Origin: an uncultured bacterium
Lineage (GTDB): Bacteria > Fidelibacterota > Marinisomatia > Marinisomatales > UBA1611
Assembly (NCBI GenBank): GCA_964586315.1
Contig: CAZPHE010000007.1
Span: 1 to 53,316 of the forward strand
DNA length: 53,316 nucleotides
Direction: 5' to 3'
Position 1 is the first letter of the stretch. The number at the start of each line of letters is the position of its first letter. The position numbers were made by a program, and so were the translations under genes. This document shows, one piece after another, positions 1 through 8,258 of the stretch. The notes under the pieces are model-generated. The model saw nothing but the letters and a program-made list of their open reading frames with translations. It searched no databases and was not told where the DNA came from.

Positions 1-165
1 ATTAATTAAGATTGATGTTGGCAATAAAATTATAAGTGCATATTGAAAATTATAATCAAGTATTAAAAGTATTGGAGTTCCAAATAATAATACTCCAGTC
101 CCAAAAATAGACTGTACTATAGCAGTAAAAAATATTGTTATAAAAATATCAAATGCCATATTCAT
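1..165 (-). CDS. TSUP (TauE/SafE) family transporter, N-terminal part; runs off the window edge
   Basis: Not in the ORF track. Manual translation from ATG 165 gives MNMAFDIFITIFFTAIVQSIFGTGVLLFGTPILLILDYNFQYALIILLPTSILIN, with the QSxFGxGxxxxxxP first-helix pattern of TauE/SafE proteins. Confidence 0.7.
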   Translation of the reverse strand, partial: MNMAFDIFITIFFTAIVQSIFGTGVLLFGTPILLILDYNFQYALIILLPTSILIN

Positions 166-318
166 TATCTAATATTATCAAATTCAAAAACTCAATACCT
201 ATTTCAACCAAATTCGATTTATTTATTATTGCACAAATAATAAAATAAATGAAAGGAATAATATTATATATTCAATTTTTGTATACTATCTTTGATAGTG
301 CAAATAACTATAAATGGT

Positions 319-402
319 AAAGAATTTTAAAGAATGTTGGATGATGGTTTGATTGAACAAGAAGATTATGATGCAAAGAAGAAAGAGTTACTTGGTCTTT
401 AG
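319..402 (+). pseudogene. Orphan C-terminal SHOCT domain remnant
   Basis: Reads KEF*RMLDDGLIEQEDYDAKKKELLGL*, matching the SHOCT pattern (LLDxGxIxxEEFxxKKxxLL). There is an in-frame TAA at 328-330 and no upstream coding body. Confidence 0.65.
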
Positions 403-503
403 GTAGGATTTTTTCAACGGTCGGTGATTTATAATAGGAAAGCTGTTTCTTGAGTTTCTGTAGTAGGTGGATTGGATTCCCAAACATGGCTCTTAATAAT
501 TAA

Positions 504-1385
504 ATGGGAAAAACTTACAATCCTTATGCTAACTCACTTGATGGGTTAATACTAGATGACCCCGTATCCGCATTTTTTGATTTTTGTAAGGAACGAGAAA
601 ATATTCGTTTAAAAAGAGAAATGGGTTTACCAGCTCCATGGAGTAATGATATTATTTTTCAAAAGGGTAGATTTTTAAATGTATTTAGAGAAGATGATCG
701 TGGAAGTAAAGCAATTATACGTTTTATAAAAAATTCAGAAAAAGATTTACCGACACTGATCCACGCCTTATTTTTTTCACGCTGGTGCAATAGGCAAGAA
801 ACTTTGGATACATTATCATCCCAAATTATATCTAAACCTGATGAATTAACTCAAAAATTAAAAAAAATTGGCATTTGGTGTAATACAACTGCTTATCCCG
901 TTGAAAAAGTATATTGGGGAGGAAAACAATATTCAAGAATTTTTACTGCTACTCATCTTTTTGCAAAAATCAAAAATACATTAACAAACTTAATTATCCA
1001 AGCAAACGGAGATATAATTAAAGCCACTGATGCAGTGAATGAAAAATTTAATATGCAAAATAATTTCCCAATTTTTATGGCAATTACCGATTTATCATGG
1101 TTTCGACCTGATGTAATTAAACCTTCTAGTCACGTTCCAACAGGTATTGGTGCTTTAGCTTATTTAGATAGACTTCAAACGTTTTTTGGTCTGGATAATC
1201 ACAAGCAAACATGTGAAAAAATGATAAAATTACAAAAAGAATATTGGCCAGAAGCTAAGCGCGAATTCCAACCTATAGATATCGAATATCTTTCTTGCGA
1301 ATGCAGAAAATATTACAGTTATGTAAATGAGACAAAACTATTTGAAGGTAAAAATCTTTTTCAACCAAATCAAAATGATTTATGA
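504..1385 (+). CDS. aGPT-Pplase1 / 5-hmdU DNA kinase helical-domain family protein (HhH-glycosylase-like fold)
   Basis: N-terminal FxxERxxIxxKRxxGxPxPWSxDxIFxxxRFxNVFREDDR and C-terminal DIEYLSCECRKY motifs. No P-loop is visible in this ORF. Confidence 0.7.
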   Translation: MGKTYNPYANSLDGLILDDPVSAFFDFCKERENIRLKREMGLPAPWSNDIIFQKGRFLNVFREDDRGSKAIIRFIKNSEKDLPTLIHALFFSRWCNRQETLDTLSSQIISKPDELTQKLKKIGIWCNTTAYPVEKVYWGGKQYSRIFTATHLFAKIKNTLTNLIIQANGDIIKATDAVNEKFNMQNNFPIFMAITDLSWFRPDVIKPSSHVPTGIGALAYLDRLQTFFGLDNHKQTCEKMIKLQKEYWPEAKREFQPIDIEYLSCECRKYYSYVNETKLFEGKNLFQPNQNDL

Positions 1386-1398
1386 TACTAAAAATAAT

Positions 1399-2403
1399 AT
1401 GATTCAAAGAAAAAAATTTTCAATATTTATTTTATATTGCTTAATCACAGCATGTAACAAAAAAGAAACCAATGCTCCAATTAATATAGATATTAAGGAT
1501 AGTACTGTGGTTTCTTTAAATGGGTTATTACAAGTTAGTGGGAACAAAATTGTAAATATGAATGGAGACCCGCTTGCATTAGCAGGGAATAGTTTTTTTT
1601 GGAGCAATGATAATTGGGGAGGTGAACGTTATTATACACCTGAAGTTGTTACCTGGCTAAAAGAAGACTGGAAGACAACTATAGTCCGTGCTGCTATGGG
1701 GGTCGAAGACCCTGGAGGTTATCTTGATAATAAAACTGGAAATAAAAACCGTGTAAAAACCATTATAGAAACTGCCATTAATCTAGGAATATATGTGATT
1801 ATTGATTGGCATTCCCATCATGCAGAAGAGCATGTAGATGATGCTATTAGTTTTTTCGAAGAGATGGCTTCACTTTATGGTGAATATGAGAATGTAATCT
1901 ATGAACTATATAATGAACCTTTAGATATATCATGGAGTGAAACGATAAAACCTTATGCATTAACTGTTATTGGAGCAATCCGTACTATTGATCCTGATAA
2001 TCTTATAATAGTTGGTACACCCGAATGGTCTCAAAGAATTGATTTAGCAGCAGCTGATCCAATAATTGAATATTCTAATATAGCTTATACACTACATTTT
2101 TACACGGCTTACCACCACCAGTGGTTAAGAGATAGAGCAACAGCTGCACTAGATAGTGGGATTGCTCTATTTGTGACAGAATGGGGTTCAATCGGTTTTA
2201 GCATTGTTGATAGTGAAGCAAACAATTGGATGGAATGGTGTTTTACAAATAAAATTAGTCACTGTAACTGGGTTGTCAATGATAAGGAAGAAGAATGGTC
2301 CATCTTGGTCCCTGGTTCAAGCACAACTGGAGGATGGGATGAAAACGATCTTACTGCTTCGGGTAAACTTGCCAAAAATATTATTTCAAATTGGTCTTAT
2401 TAA
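1399..2403 (+). CDS. Glycoside hydrolase family 5 (GH5_2-like) endoglucanase, predicted lipoprotein
   Basis: Motifs GNSFFWSN, IVRAAMGVE, YVIIDWHSH, YNEP (acid/base Glu), YTLHFY and FVTEWG (nucleophile Glu). Lipobox LITAC follows a basic/hydrophobic signal starting at ATG 1399; the track start 1327 overlaps the previous gene. Confidence 0.92.
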   Translation: MIQRKKFSIFILYCLITACNKKETNAPINIDIKDSTVVSLNGLLQVSGNKIVNMNGDPLALAGNSFFWSNDNWGGERYYTPEVVTWLKEDWKTTIVRAAMGVEDPGGYLDNKTGNKNRVKTIIETAINLGIYVIIDWHSHHAEEHVDDAISFFEEMASLYGEYENVIYELYNEPLDISWSETIKPYALTVIGAIRTIDPDNLIIVGTPEWSQRIDLAAADPIIEYSNIAYTLHFYTAYHHQWLRDRATAALDSGIALFVTEWGSIGFSIVDSEANNWMEWCFTNKISHCNWVVNDKEEEWSILVPGSSTTGGWDENDLTASGKLAKNIISNWSY

Positions 2404-2407
2404 ATTT

Positions 2408-3565
2408 TTATTTACAATGTTCTAATATTGGAATTCCGCTATTCTTATTTTGTTCTAATGCAAGTTTTCTTTCTTCTATCGTAGCATAATTCAAATCCCA
2501 ATCAATCAACTTTTTTGCCATAATTCTGTGAAAAAAATATGGTAAAAACAAAGCAAGGTACAGCATTGAAAGGTAACCCTGGGGCATCATAGGAGCGTTT
2601 TGATATGGCTTTAGCTCCCAATATTTTAAATTTGATTTCTCATGATGTGATGAATGGCGAGTAACATTATAAAGATAGATACTACTTAATACACTATTGG
2701 AATTCCATGAATGTCTGGGTTGAACTGACTCGCCAGTTACTCTTACCAACCCATAATGTTCAGAATAATTAATTACTTCAAGTAAACATTTTGCTACAAA
2801 TGCACAGATTAAATAAATCAGCATACCAATTAACCCTCCAACTAAATATGCCAATCCTGTTATAACTAAACTTCTTATATATCCCAAAATCATTGTATTA
2901 CTTAAACTAAAAACATTTTGACCTCTTCGCTTCATTTGGTCAATTACAAGGATCCAAGCATCGCGGTGTTCTTGGAATATTGCTTTTACAATAAAAATAT
3001 AAATATTCTCCCCTCTTTTTGCAGTTGCTGGATCAGTATCTAGTCCAACATTTTTATGGTGACCATATACATGCTCTAAAGCAAACGCACAATCCCAAGA
3101 AATTGCCAAAAGCCAATTACCAATGAACATGTCCAGTGTATTCTTTTTTCGGTGAACCAATTCATGGCCAGGGACAGTACCCATAATGCCAATAAACAAA
3201 CCTGTCAATGCAACAAAAGATATTTTATTTATTGAATCAATAGATCCTTTTACCTCAATATAGTTCAAATTAAAAAAATCGTTTAATAAAAACCTATCAA
3301 TCGGAGAATCTTGGCTACTTAAAAGAAAAGAAGTCAATAAAACAAGTATCATCAATAAAGGTAAATTGATATACATAGGAAGATTTAATAGAAATAGATT
3401 CGAGTATTGGTGCTCATAGATGTCTTTCTTAAGAAGCCAATCACCTATAATTATGAATGCTGAATAGCCAATGAAAAATATAGAAGGCCAAACGTTACCT
3501 ATTTGGCAACAATATATAGCAAGAATCAATGTAATAGTAGATATATAATATTTTAAATATTTCAT
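2408..3565 (-). CDS. alkB: Alkane 1-monooxygenase (membrane di-iron, AlkB family)
   Basis: All four His boxes are present (HELVHR, EHVYGHH, NYSEHYG, TRHSSHH), plus DPATAKRGE, PRHSWNS and multiple TM helices. Confidence 0.88.
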   Translation of the reverse strand: MKYLKYYISTITLILAIYCCQIGNVWPSIFFIGYSAFIIIGDWLLKKDIYEHQYSNLFLLNLPMYINLPLLMILVLLTSFLLSSQDSPIDRFLLNDFFNLNYIEVKGSIDSINKISFVALTGLFIGIMGTVPGHELVHRKKNTLDMFIGNWLLAISWDCAFALEHVYGHHKNVGLDTDPATAKRGENIYIFIVKAIFQEHRDAWILVIDQMKRRGQNVFSLSNTMILGYIRSLVITGLAYLVGGLIGMLIYLICAFVAKCLLEVINYSEHYGLVRVTGESVQPRHSWNSNSVLSSIYLYNVTRHSSHHEKSNLKYWELKPYQNAPMMPQGYLSMLYLALFLPYFFHRIMAKKLIDWDLNYATIEERKLALEQNKNSGIPILEHCK

Positions 3566-3691
3566 AATTTTAATATTCCAAATATTACAAGGATTAACAT
3601 ATAATCACAAAAAAACATCTTCATTACTAAATGAAAATATTCTAAAAAAAAATTTATTATCATCTTATTAAAAAGTTAAGTTTAGACATTA

Positions 3692-4423
3692 ATGAATACT
3701 CCCGTCTACTTTATTTCTGATGTACATTTAAAACTCACGCTAGATAATGCTGAGAAAAAAAGGCGTAAAAATCTATATAGACTTTTAGATAAAATATGTA
3801 AAACTGGTGGTACTTGTTTTTTTGTTGGCGATCTTTTTGATTTTTATTTTGAATACAATGACCTAATTCCAAAAGCCTTTGCTGATTTTTATGATAAAGC
3901 AATGTATATGAAAAAGAAAGGTGTGAAACTCCACTTCCTAACAGGTAATCATGATTATTGGTTTCAAGATTTTCTTGAATATTCTTTAATGGATAAAATC
4001 TACACTGATGATTTACAAATAATAATCAATGGGAAGAAATTTTATATCACACATGGTGATGGATTATTAAGCGGGGATTATGGATATAAAATACTTAAAA
4101 AAATAATCCGATCAAAATTTTTCATCATACTGTTTCGATTGATCCACCCTACAATTACTTACAAAATCGCAGGGTTTGTTTCTAGGAGTGGGTATCATCA
4201 GCATTCAGAAAATATTAATATGAATATAAGAATTGAACTCCAAAATTTTGCGAAAAAACATTTTGATAATGACTTTGATTACATGATCTCGGGGCATTAT
4301 CATTTAGGTGAAATGTTTACAATAAATCATGGGAAACTGGCTGTTCTTGGGGATTGGTTTGATAAACCAAGCTATGCAGTATTTGATGGAAATGACCTGA
4401 CCCTTCTAAATTGGGAAAAATAA
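3692..4423 (+). CDS. lpxH: UDP-2,3-diacylglucosamine diphosphatase (LpxH-like metallophosphoesterase)
   Basis: Motifs FISDVHL, GDLFDF, GNHD, HGD, GHYH and LGDW. Confidence 0.8.
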   Translation: MNTPVYFISDVHLKLTLDNAEKKRRKNLYRLLDKICKTGGTCFFVGDLFDFYFEYNDLIPKAFADFYDKAMYMKKKGVKLHFLTGNHDYWFQDFLEYSLMDKIYTDDLQIIINGKKFYITHGDGLLSGDYGYKILKKIIRSKFFIILFRLIHPTITYKIAGFVSRSGYHQHSENINMNIRIELQNFAKKHFDNDFDYMISGHYHLGEMFTINHGKLAVLGDWFDKPSYAVFDGNDLTLLNWEK

Positions 4424-5556
4424 TGATTAGGCACTTTATAATAATTATTTCAACAATACTTATTTTTCAAGGATGTTCAACAATTAAAGGATTATTAGGG
4501 AAAAAACCAATTGGAGATCCTAATGATCCTGATTTTTTAAATCGTGTACAAGAATTAAAAAGTGCATACCGAGAAGGCAATGTACAAGCTTTAGATGAAT
4601 TAATTGAAGTGTATGAAAATCCAGATCTCCATGTAAAACTAAGAGTCGCTGCAGGTAAGACACTTGCGCAAACACAACATCCAAGAGCTCTCCATGCTAT
4701 TTCTGAAATGGTAGCCACAACCACCGCATTAGACTATGCTCTTTTGAATGAATCAATTAAAATGTTAGGCATGTTTCAAGAAAATCCAAAGGCAGCAGCA
4801 GCATTAGTACGTTCAATGCACACTATGGAAGAAAAAACCAATGAAATCCATATAACATTAGTTAAAAACCTTAATCGAGTAAGAACAAAAGATCAAATAT
4901 TGGCTCTTCTAGATCTATATGAAGTAGCAAAAAGTAATATGTCACGTACAGAGAGATTATTAACTGAAACAATGGGTGCACTAGGGAATGATCAAGTTGT
5001 ACCAATTCTTACAACAATCGCAAAAGATCATAGAATTAATATTGGAGTCCGTAATAAAGCAGTTGAAATACTTGGGAAAAAAAATCCAGATGATGTTGCA
5101 GTAGCTTTTGCAGAATTATTGGGAGACCCCAATACAAATCTTGAAGTTAGAGAATTTGCCTTAAATACAATGAAAGGAGTTAAAGAAGAGAATCTTGTCC
5201 TCGCACTTTTAAATACTTATAATATGGGAAAAACTGAATACTATAGCCTATTAAACACAATGTTAATGGCCTTAGGAGAATTTGATGACCCTGAAGTTAA
5301 AAAAGCAGTAATTGAGATTGCTCATAGTGAAGATTATCCAATGGATATTAGAAAAAAAGCTATTGATAATCTTGCTGCATTCAATGACCCTTCTGTATTA
5401 AATGGATTACTACCAATGCTAGAAAACAAAAATAATTATATTTATTATGATAATATAATTAACATGGTTTATAAACTAGGAGAAGAAAAAAAGAACGCAG
5501 AATCAGTACGGAGAATGGCTTTCAAGGCTCATTTTTCAAAAAGGGAACATGATTAA
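4423..5556 (+). CDS. HEAT-repeat lipoprotein
   Basis: Lipobox IFQGC; repeated helical units (LRVAAGKTLA, VRNKAVEILG, VREFALNTM, IRKKAIDNLA). ATG 4423 overlaps the lpxH stop (TAATG). Confidence 0.8.
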   Translation: MIRHFIIIISTILIFQGCSTIKGLLGKKPIGDPNDPDFLNRVQELKSAYREGNVQALDELIEVYENPDLHVKLRVAAGKTLAQTQHPRALHAISEMVATTTALDYALLNESIKMLGMFQENPKAAAALVRSMHTMEEKTNEIHITLVKNLNRVRTKDQILALLDLYEVAKSNMSRTERLLTETMGALGNDQVVPILTTIAKDHRINIGVRNKAVEILGKKNPDDVAVAFAELLGDPNTNLEVREFALNTMKGVKEENLVLALLNTYNMGKTEYYSLLNTMLMALGEFDDPEVKKAVIEIAHSEDYPMDIRKKAIDNLAAFNDPSVLNGLLPMLENKNNYIYYDNIINMVYKLGEEKKNAESVRRMAFKAHFSKREHD

Positions 5557-6607
5557 ATACTTTCACTACCTTTATATTTTCGGAATATTTATCTCTCTTA
5601 AGGCAGAAGATAAATCCAAGAAAAAATTCGCTGTTTCTGGTATAGTACAAAATGTAAATGGAGAGGGTATAAAAGGTGTCAGACTTATAATTTACAATAA
5701 AGATAGGGAGGAAATTGATGATGGAAAATCTGGGAAAAAAGGGCAATTTAAATTTAAAAAAATATCTGCTGGATCTTATATCCTAGAGGGAGAACATAAA
5801 AAAGAAGGTAAAGGTGGAATTAAATTTTCTGTGAAAACTAAGGATATTGATAATATAATTTTAAAAATAAAAATTCCGGAAGAAAAAAATGAAATAGACA
5901 ACATGACTATTCAACCTCCAAAAGAATCTGAAAAAGTGCTCTTGCCACAACAAAGAAATATTTCTGAAAAAGAAACCTTAAAATTTGAAGAATATTTTTT
6001 TGGATACGAATCCAATATTAAAGAGTTAAAGTTAGAGATAGATTCATTAAAAAGCGTTGTTAAGGGTTATGAAAAAAAACAAACAATGCCTAATGTTAGT
6101 AGGGAAATTCTAGATTTGATCAAAGTTCCTGATTATCAACATAGAGTTGAACTTCAAAATGGTACGGTGGTTTCTGGATCCATCATAGAAGAGTCAGACT
6201 CAACCTTAACACTGAGTACACAGATCGGGACCTTAGTACTTAAAAAAGAAATGGTAATCAGAATGGATGAGCTAGAAAAGCCTGGACCAAAGGTAATCTT
6301 TTTAGGTGACCCATTTGTTGATTATTATCCTGATCACCAAATTTTTACGGGTAAGGTTAAAAATATTGGTGAAATTAGAGCCGATTTTGTAAGAGTAATT
6401 GGAAAACTTTTTGATCAGGCAACTACCAATACTGGAACAGATTCTATATTTGTAAAAGGAACTCGAGTTGTTTATGAATCAAATGTGATTGCAGATACAG
6501 CATTAAAACCAGGACAAACTGCCTCGTACAGTCTAACTGTACCAATAAAAAAAGGACAAAAATCTGAATACCATATCATGGATATTCATTGGGAACAAAC
6601 AAAATGA
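5549..6607 (+). CDS. Secreted multidomain protein: carboxypeptidase-regulatory-like beta-sandwich, coiled coil, small beta domain and FxLYD-like C-terminal domain
   Basis: Signal peptide; VSGIVQNVNGEGIKGVRL...GQFKFKKISAGSYIL; ELQNGTVVSGSIIEE; GKVKNIG...FVRVIGKLFD...LKPGQTASY. Confidence 0.6.
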   Translation: MIKYFHYLYIFGIFISLKAEDKSKKKFAVSGIVQNVNGEGIKGVRLIIYNKDREEIDDGKSGKKGQFKFKKISAGSYILEGEHKKEGKGGIKFSVKTKDIDNIILKIKIPEEKNEIDNMTIQPPKESEKVLLPQQRNISEKETLKFEEYFFGYESNIKELKLEIDSLKSVVKGYEKKQTMPNVSREILDLIKVPDYQHRVELQNGTVVSGSIIEESDSTLTLSTQIGTLVLKKEMVIRMDELEKPGPKVIFLGDPFVDYYPDHQIFTGKVKNIGEIRADFVRVIGKLFDQATTNTGTDSIFVKGTRVVYESNVIADTALKPGQTASYSLTVPIKKGQKSEYHIMDIHWEQTK

Positions 6608-7716
6608 AACATCGTGCTATTACATTCTTTCTAATTACCTCAACTATTTTACTAGGTCATGACCATAGTGAAAATCGTACTATTGATTTTCCAAACCCAA
6701 CTGGTTTCAAAACACTAATATGCGATTTACATATGCATTCTGTTTTTTCTGATGGAAGTGTATGGCCTGATATACGCGTGCAAGAAGCACAAAAAGATGG
6801 TTTAGATGTTATTGCAACAACTGAGCATATTGAATATCAACCATGGCAAGCAGACATACCTCATCCGGATAGAAATAGATCTTTCGAATATCACTCCAAT
6901 TTTGCAAAAGGTTCAGATGTAATGGTAATTAATGGTTCTGAAATCACCAGAAATATGCCCCCCGGTCATGCAAACGCAATCTTTTTAAAAGATGCAAATA
7001 AGTTAATAACCGAAGACCCAATTGATGCTTATATAGAAGCTAAAAAACAGAATGCATTTATTTTTTGGAATCATCCACATTGGGCTAGCCAATCTCCCGA
7101 TGCAAGTGTACCATTAAGTGACATGCATCAAAAATTGATTAAGGAAGGTCTCCTTGAAGGAATTGAAATTGTAAATGACACAACTTTTTCAAATGAAGCA
7201 TTACAAATAGCCTTAGATTATGATTTAACTATTTTAGGTACATCTGATATCCATGGAATTGTTGATTGGCAATATAGAATTCCTTCAGGTGGTCATAGAC
7301 CTGTGACACTAGTATTTGCACGTGAAAAAACTAAAATTGGATTGAAACGGGCTTTAAGAAATGGACAAACAGTAGTTTGGTTTAAGAAAAAATTGATTGG
7401 AAAGTCTGATTTTTTAATCCCTCTAATTAATGCTAGCCTTAACGTAAAATCCGCTGAATACATTCCAAACACAACCGTTGTTCATGTGACTATTTCAAAT
7501 AATTCAGATGCTCCATATTCATTGATCAATCAGAGTGAATATGATTTTTACAATTTAACAGACTTAGTCGCAATTCCAGCACATGGAGAAGTTAATATTG
7601 ATGTCCGAACTATTGATAAAAAAAGAAAGTTCCAATTGAAATTTGAAGTCTTGAATGCCTTAACCGCACCAAATACCCATCCAGTTATAACAATATCTGT
7701 TAGGCCGAAACCATAA
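6604..7716 (+). CDS. Exported PHP-domain phosphoesterase (Sb-PDE-like)
   Basis: Signal peptide; metal ligands CDLHMHSVFSDG, ATTEH, GSEIT, PPGHANA, WNHP and GTSDIH. ATGA overlap with the upstream stop. Confidence 0.85.
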   Translation: MKHRAITFFLITSTILLGHDHSENRTIDFPNPTGFKTLICDLHMHSVFSDGSVWPDIRVQEAQKDGLDVIATTEHIEYQPWQADIPHPDRNRSFEYHSNFAKGSDVMVINGSEITRNMPPGHANAIFLKDANKLITEDPIDAYIEAKKQNAFIFWNHPHWASQSPDASVPLSDMHQKLIKEGLLEGIEIVNDTTFSNEALQIALDYDLTILGTSDIHGIVDWQYRIPSGGHRPVTLVFAREKTKIGLKRALRNGQTVVWFKKKLIGKSDFLIPLINASLNVKSAEYIPNTTVVHVTISNNSDAPYSLINQSEYDFYNLTDLVAIPAHGEVNIDVRTIDKKRKFQLKFEVLNALTAPNTHPVITISVRPKP

Positions 7717-7932
7717 CTATTCTTTAGCTCTTTTGCAGCTTTTTCTGTATAGGTAATGGTTAGAATATGTTGTGGATCAACCTCATAATTTTCTATGAGA
7801 TAAATGATCATATTCCAATGTGAATGTTTTTCCAGTGCCTGCTCCAGCTAAAATCTTTAATGAACCGGGAGGATGCTCTATGGCAGATCTCTGTTTTTTG
7901 TTTGGTGGATGTTTCGTATAATGGGTATTCAT
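7717..7932 (-). pseudogene. Frameshifted, truncated UvrD/PcrA/AddA-type SF1 helicase N-terminus
   Basis: From ATG 7932: MNTHYTKHPPNKKQRSAIEHPPGSLKILAGAGTGKTFTLE (Q motif and Walker A). After a frame change near 7812: IIYLIENYEVDPQHILTITYTEKAAKELKN (motif Ia). Similarity ends at the PHP gene stop. Confidence 0.88.
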
Positions 7933-8022
7933 AAAGATAATTGATATGTTAAAAAGGTTCATAAAAAAAACAACAAATAATCATATTCTATTAAAATGTG
8001 AATGGTTCAAAAAGATTTTTTT

Positions 8023-8048
8023 TAACCTTTACGTACCTTATGAGTCTC
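8023..8048 (+). promoter_or_regulatory. Candidate ECF-sigma promoter (AAC-N17-GTC)
   Basis: taAACC at 8022-8027 and GTCT at 8044-8047 have the spacing typical of ECF promoters and lie just upstream of an ECF sigma remnant. Confidence 0.4.
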
Positions 8049-8063
8049 ATAGCTTGAAATGAC

Positions 8064-8192
8064 ATGCAAAACGACCATGATTTCATTAAAGAATATCAGA
8101 ATGAAAATATATCCGCTTATGATCAACTTATTAAGAACCATTTGTCCAATACGGTTGGATTCTTTTTTAATATCACAGTTGATAGAATATAA
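8064..8192 (+). pseudogene. Truncated ECF RNA polymerase sigma factor (N-terminus, 42 aa)
   Basis: MQNDHDFIKEYQNENISAYDQLIKNHLSNTVGFFFNITVDRI* resembles the ECF start (DxxLIxxxxxGDxxAFxxLxxRH...xxxxDxxxAEDL) and stops just before the AEDLxQ motif. Confidence 0.65.
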
Positions 8193-8258
8193 ATTAATTT
8201 AAATTTTATAAAAATTAGCCTGAACTAAAACTTATAATCCTATATTAAATTTCTATAT

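Noticed and set aside
403-503. Slightly more GC-rich spacer considered as ncRNA, REP or attC site
   Set aside because: No convincing stem-loop, tRNA arms or paired RYYYAAC/GTTRRRY ends, and no integrase in the window.
1327-1398. Longer N-terminus of the GH5 protein
   Set aside because: It overlaps the upstream gene and would bury the lipoprotein signal; ATG 1399 (or 1375) is more plausible.
7548-7811. 87-aa minus-strand ORF in the track
   Set aside because: Chimeric: only its first ~31 codons are helicase remnant, and the rest is antisense to the PHP gene.
8193-8258. Fur box upstream of the TonB receptor
   Set aside because: Only generic AT-rich sequence, with no adequate match to GATAATGATAATCATTATC.
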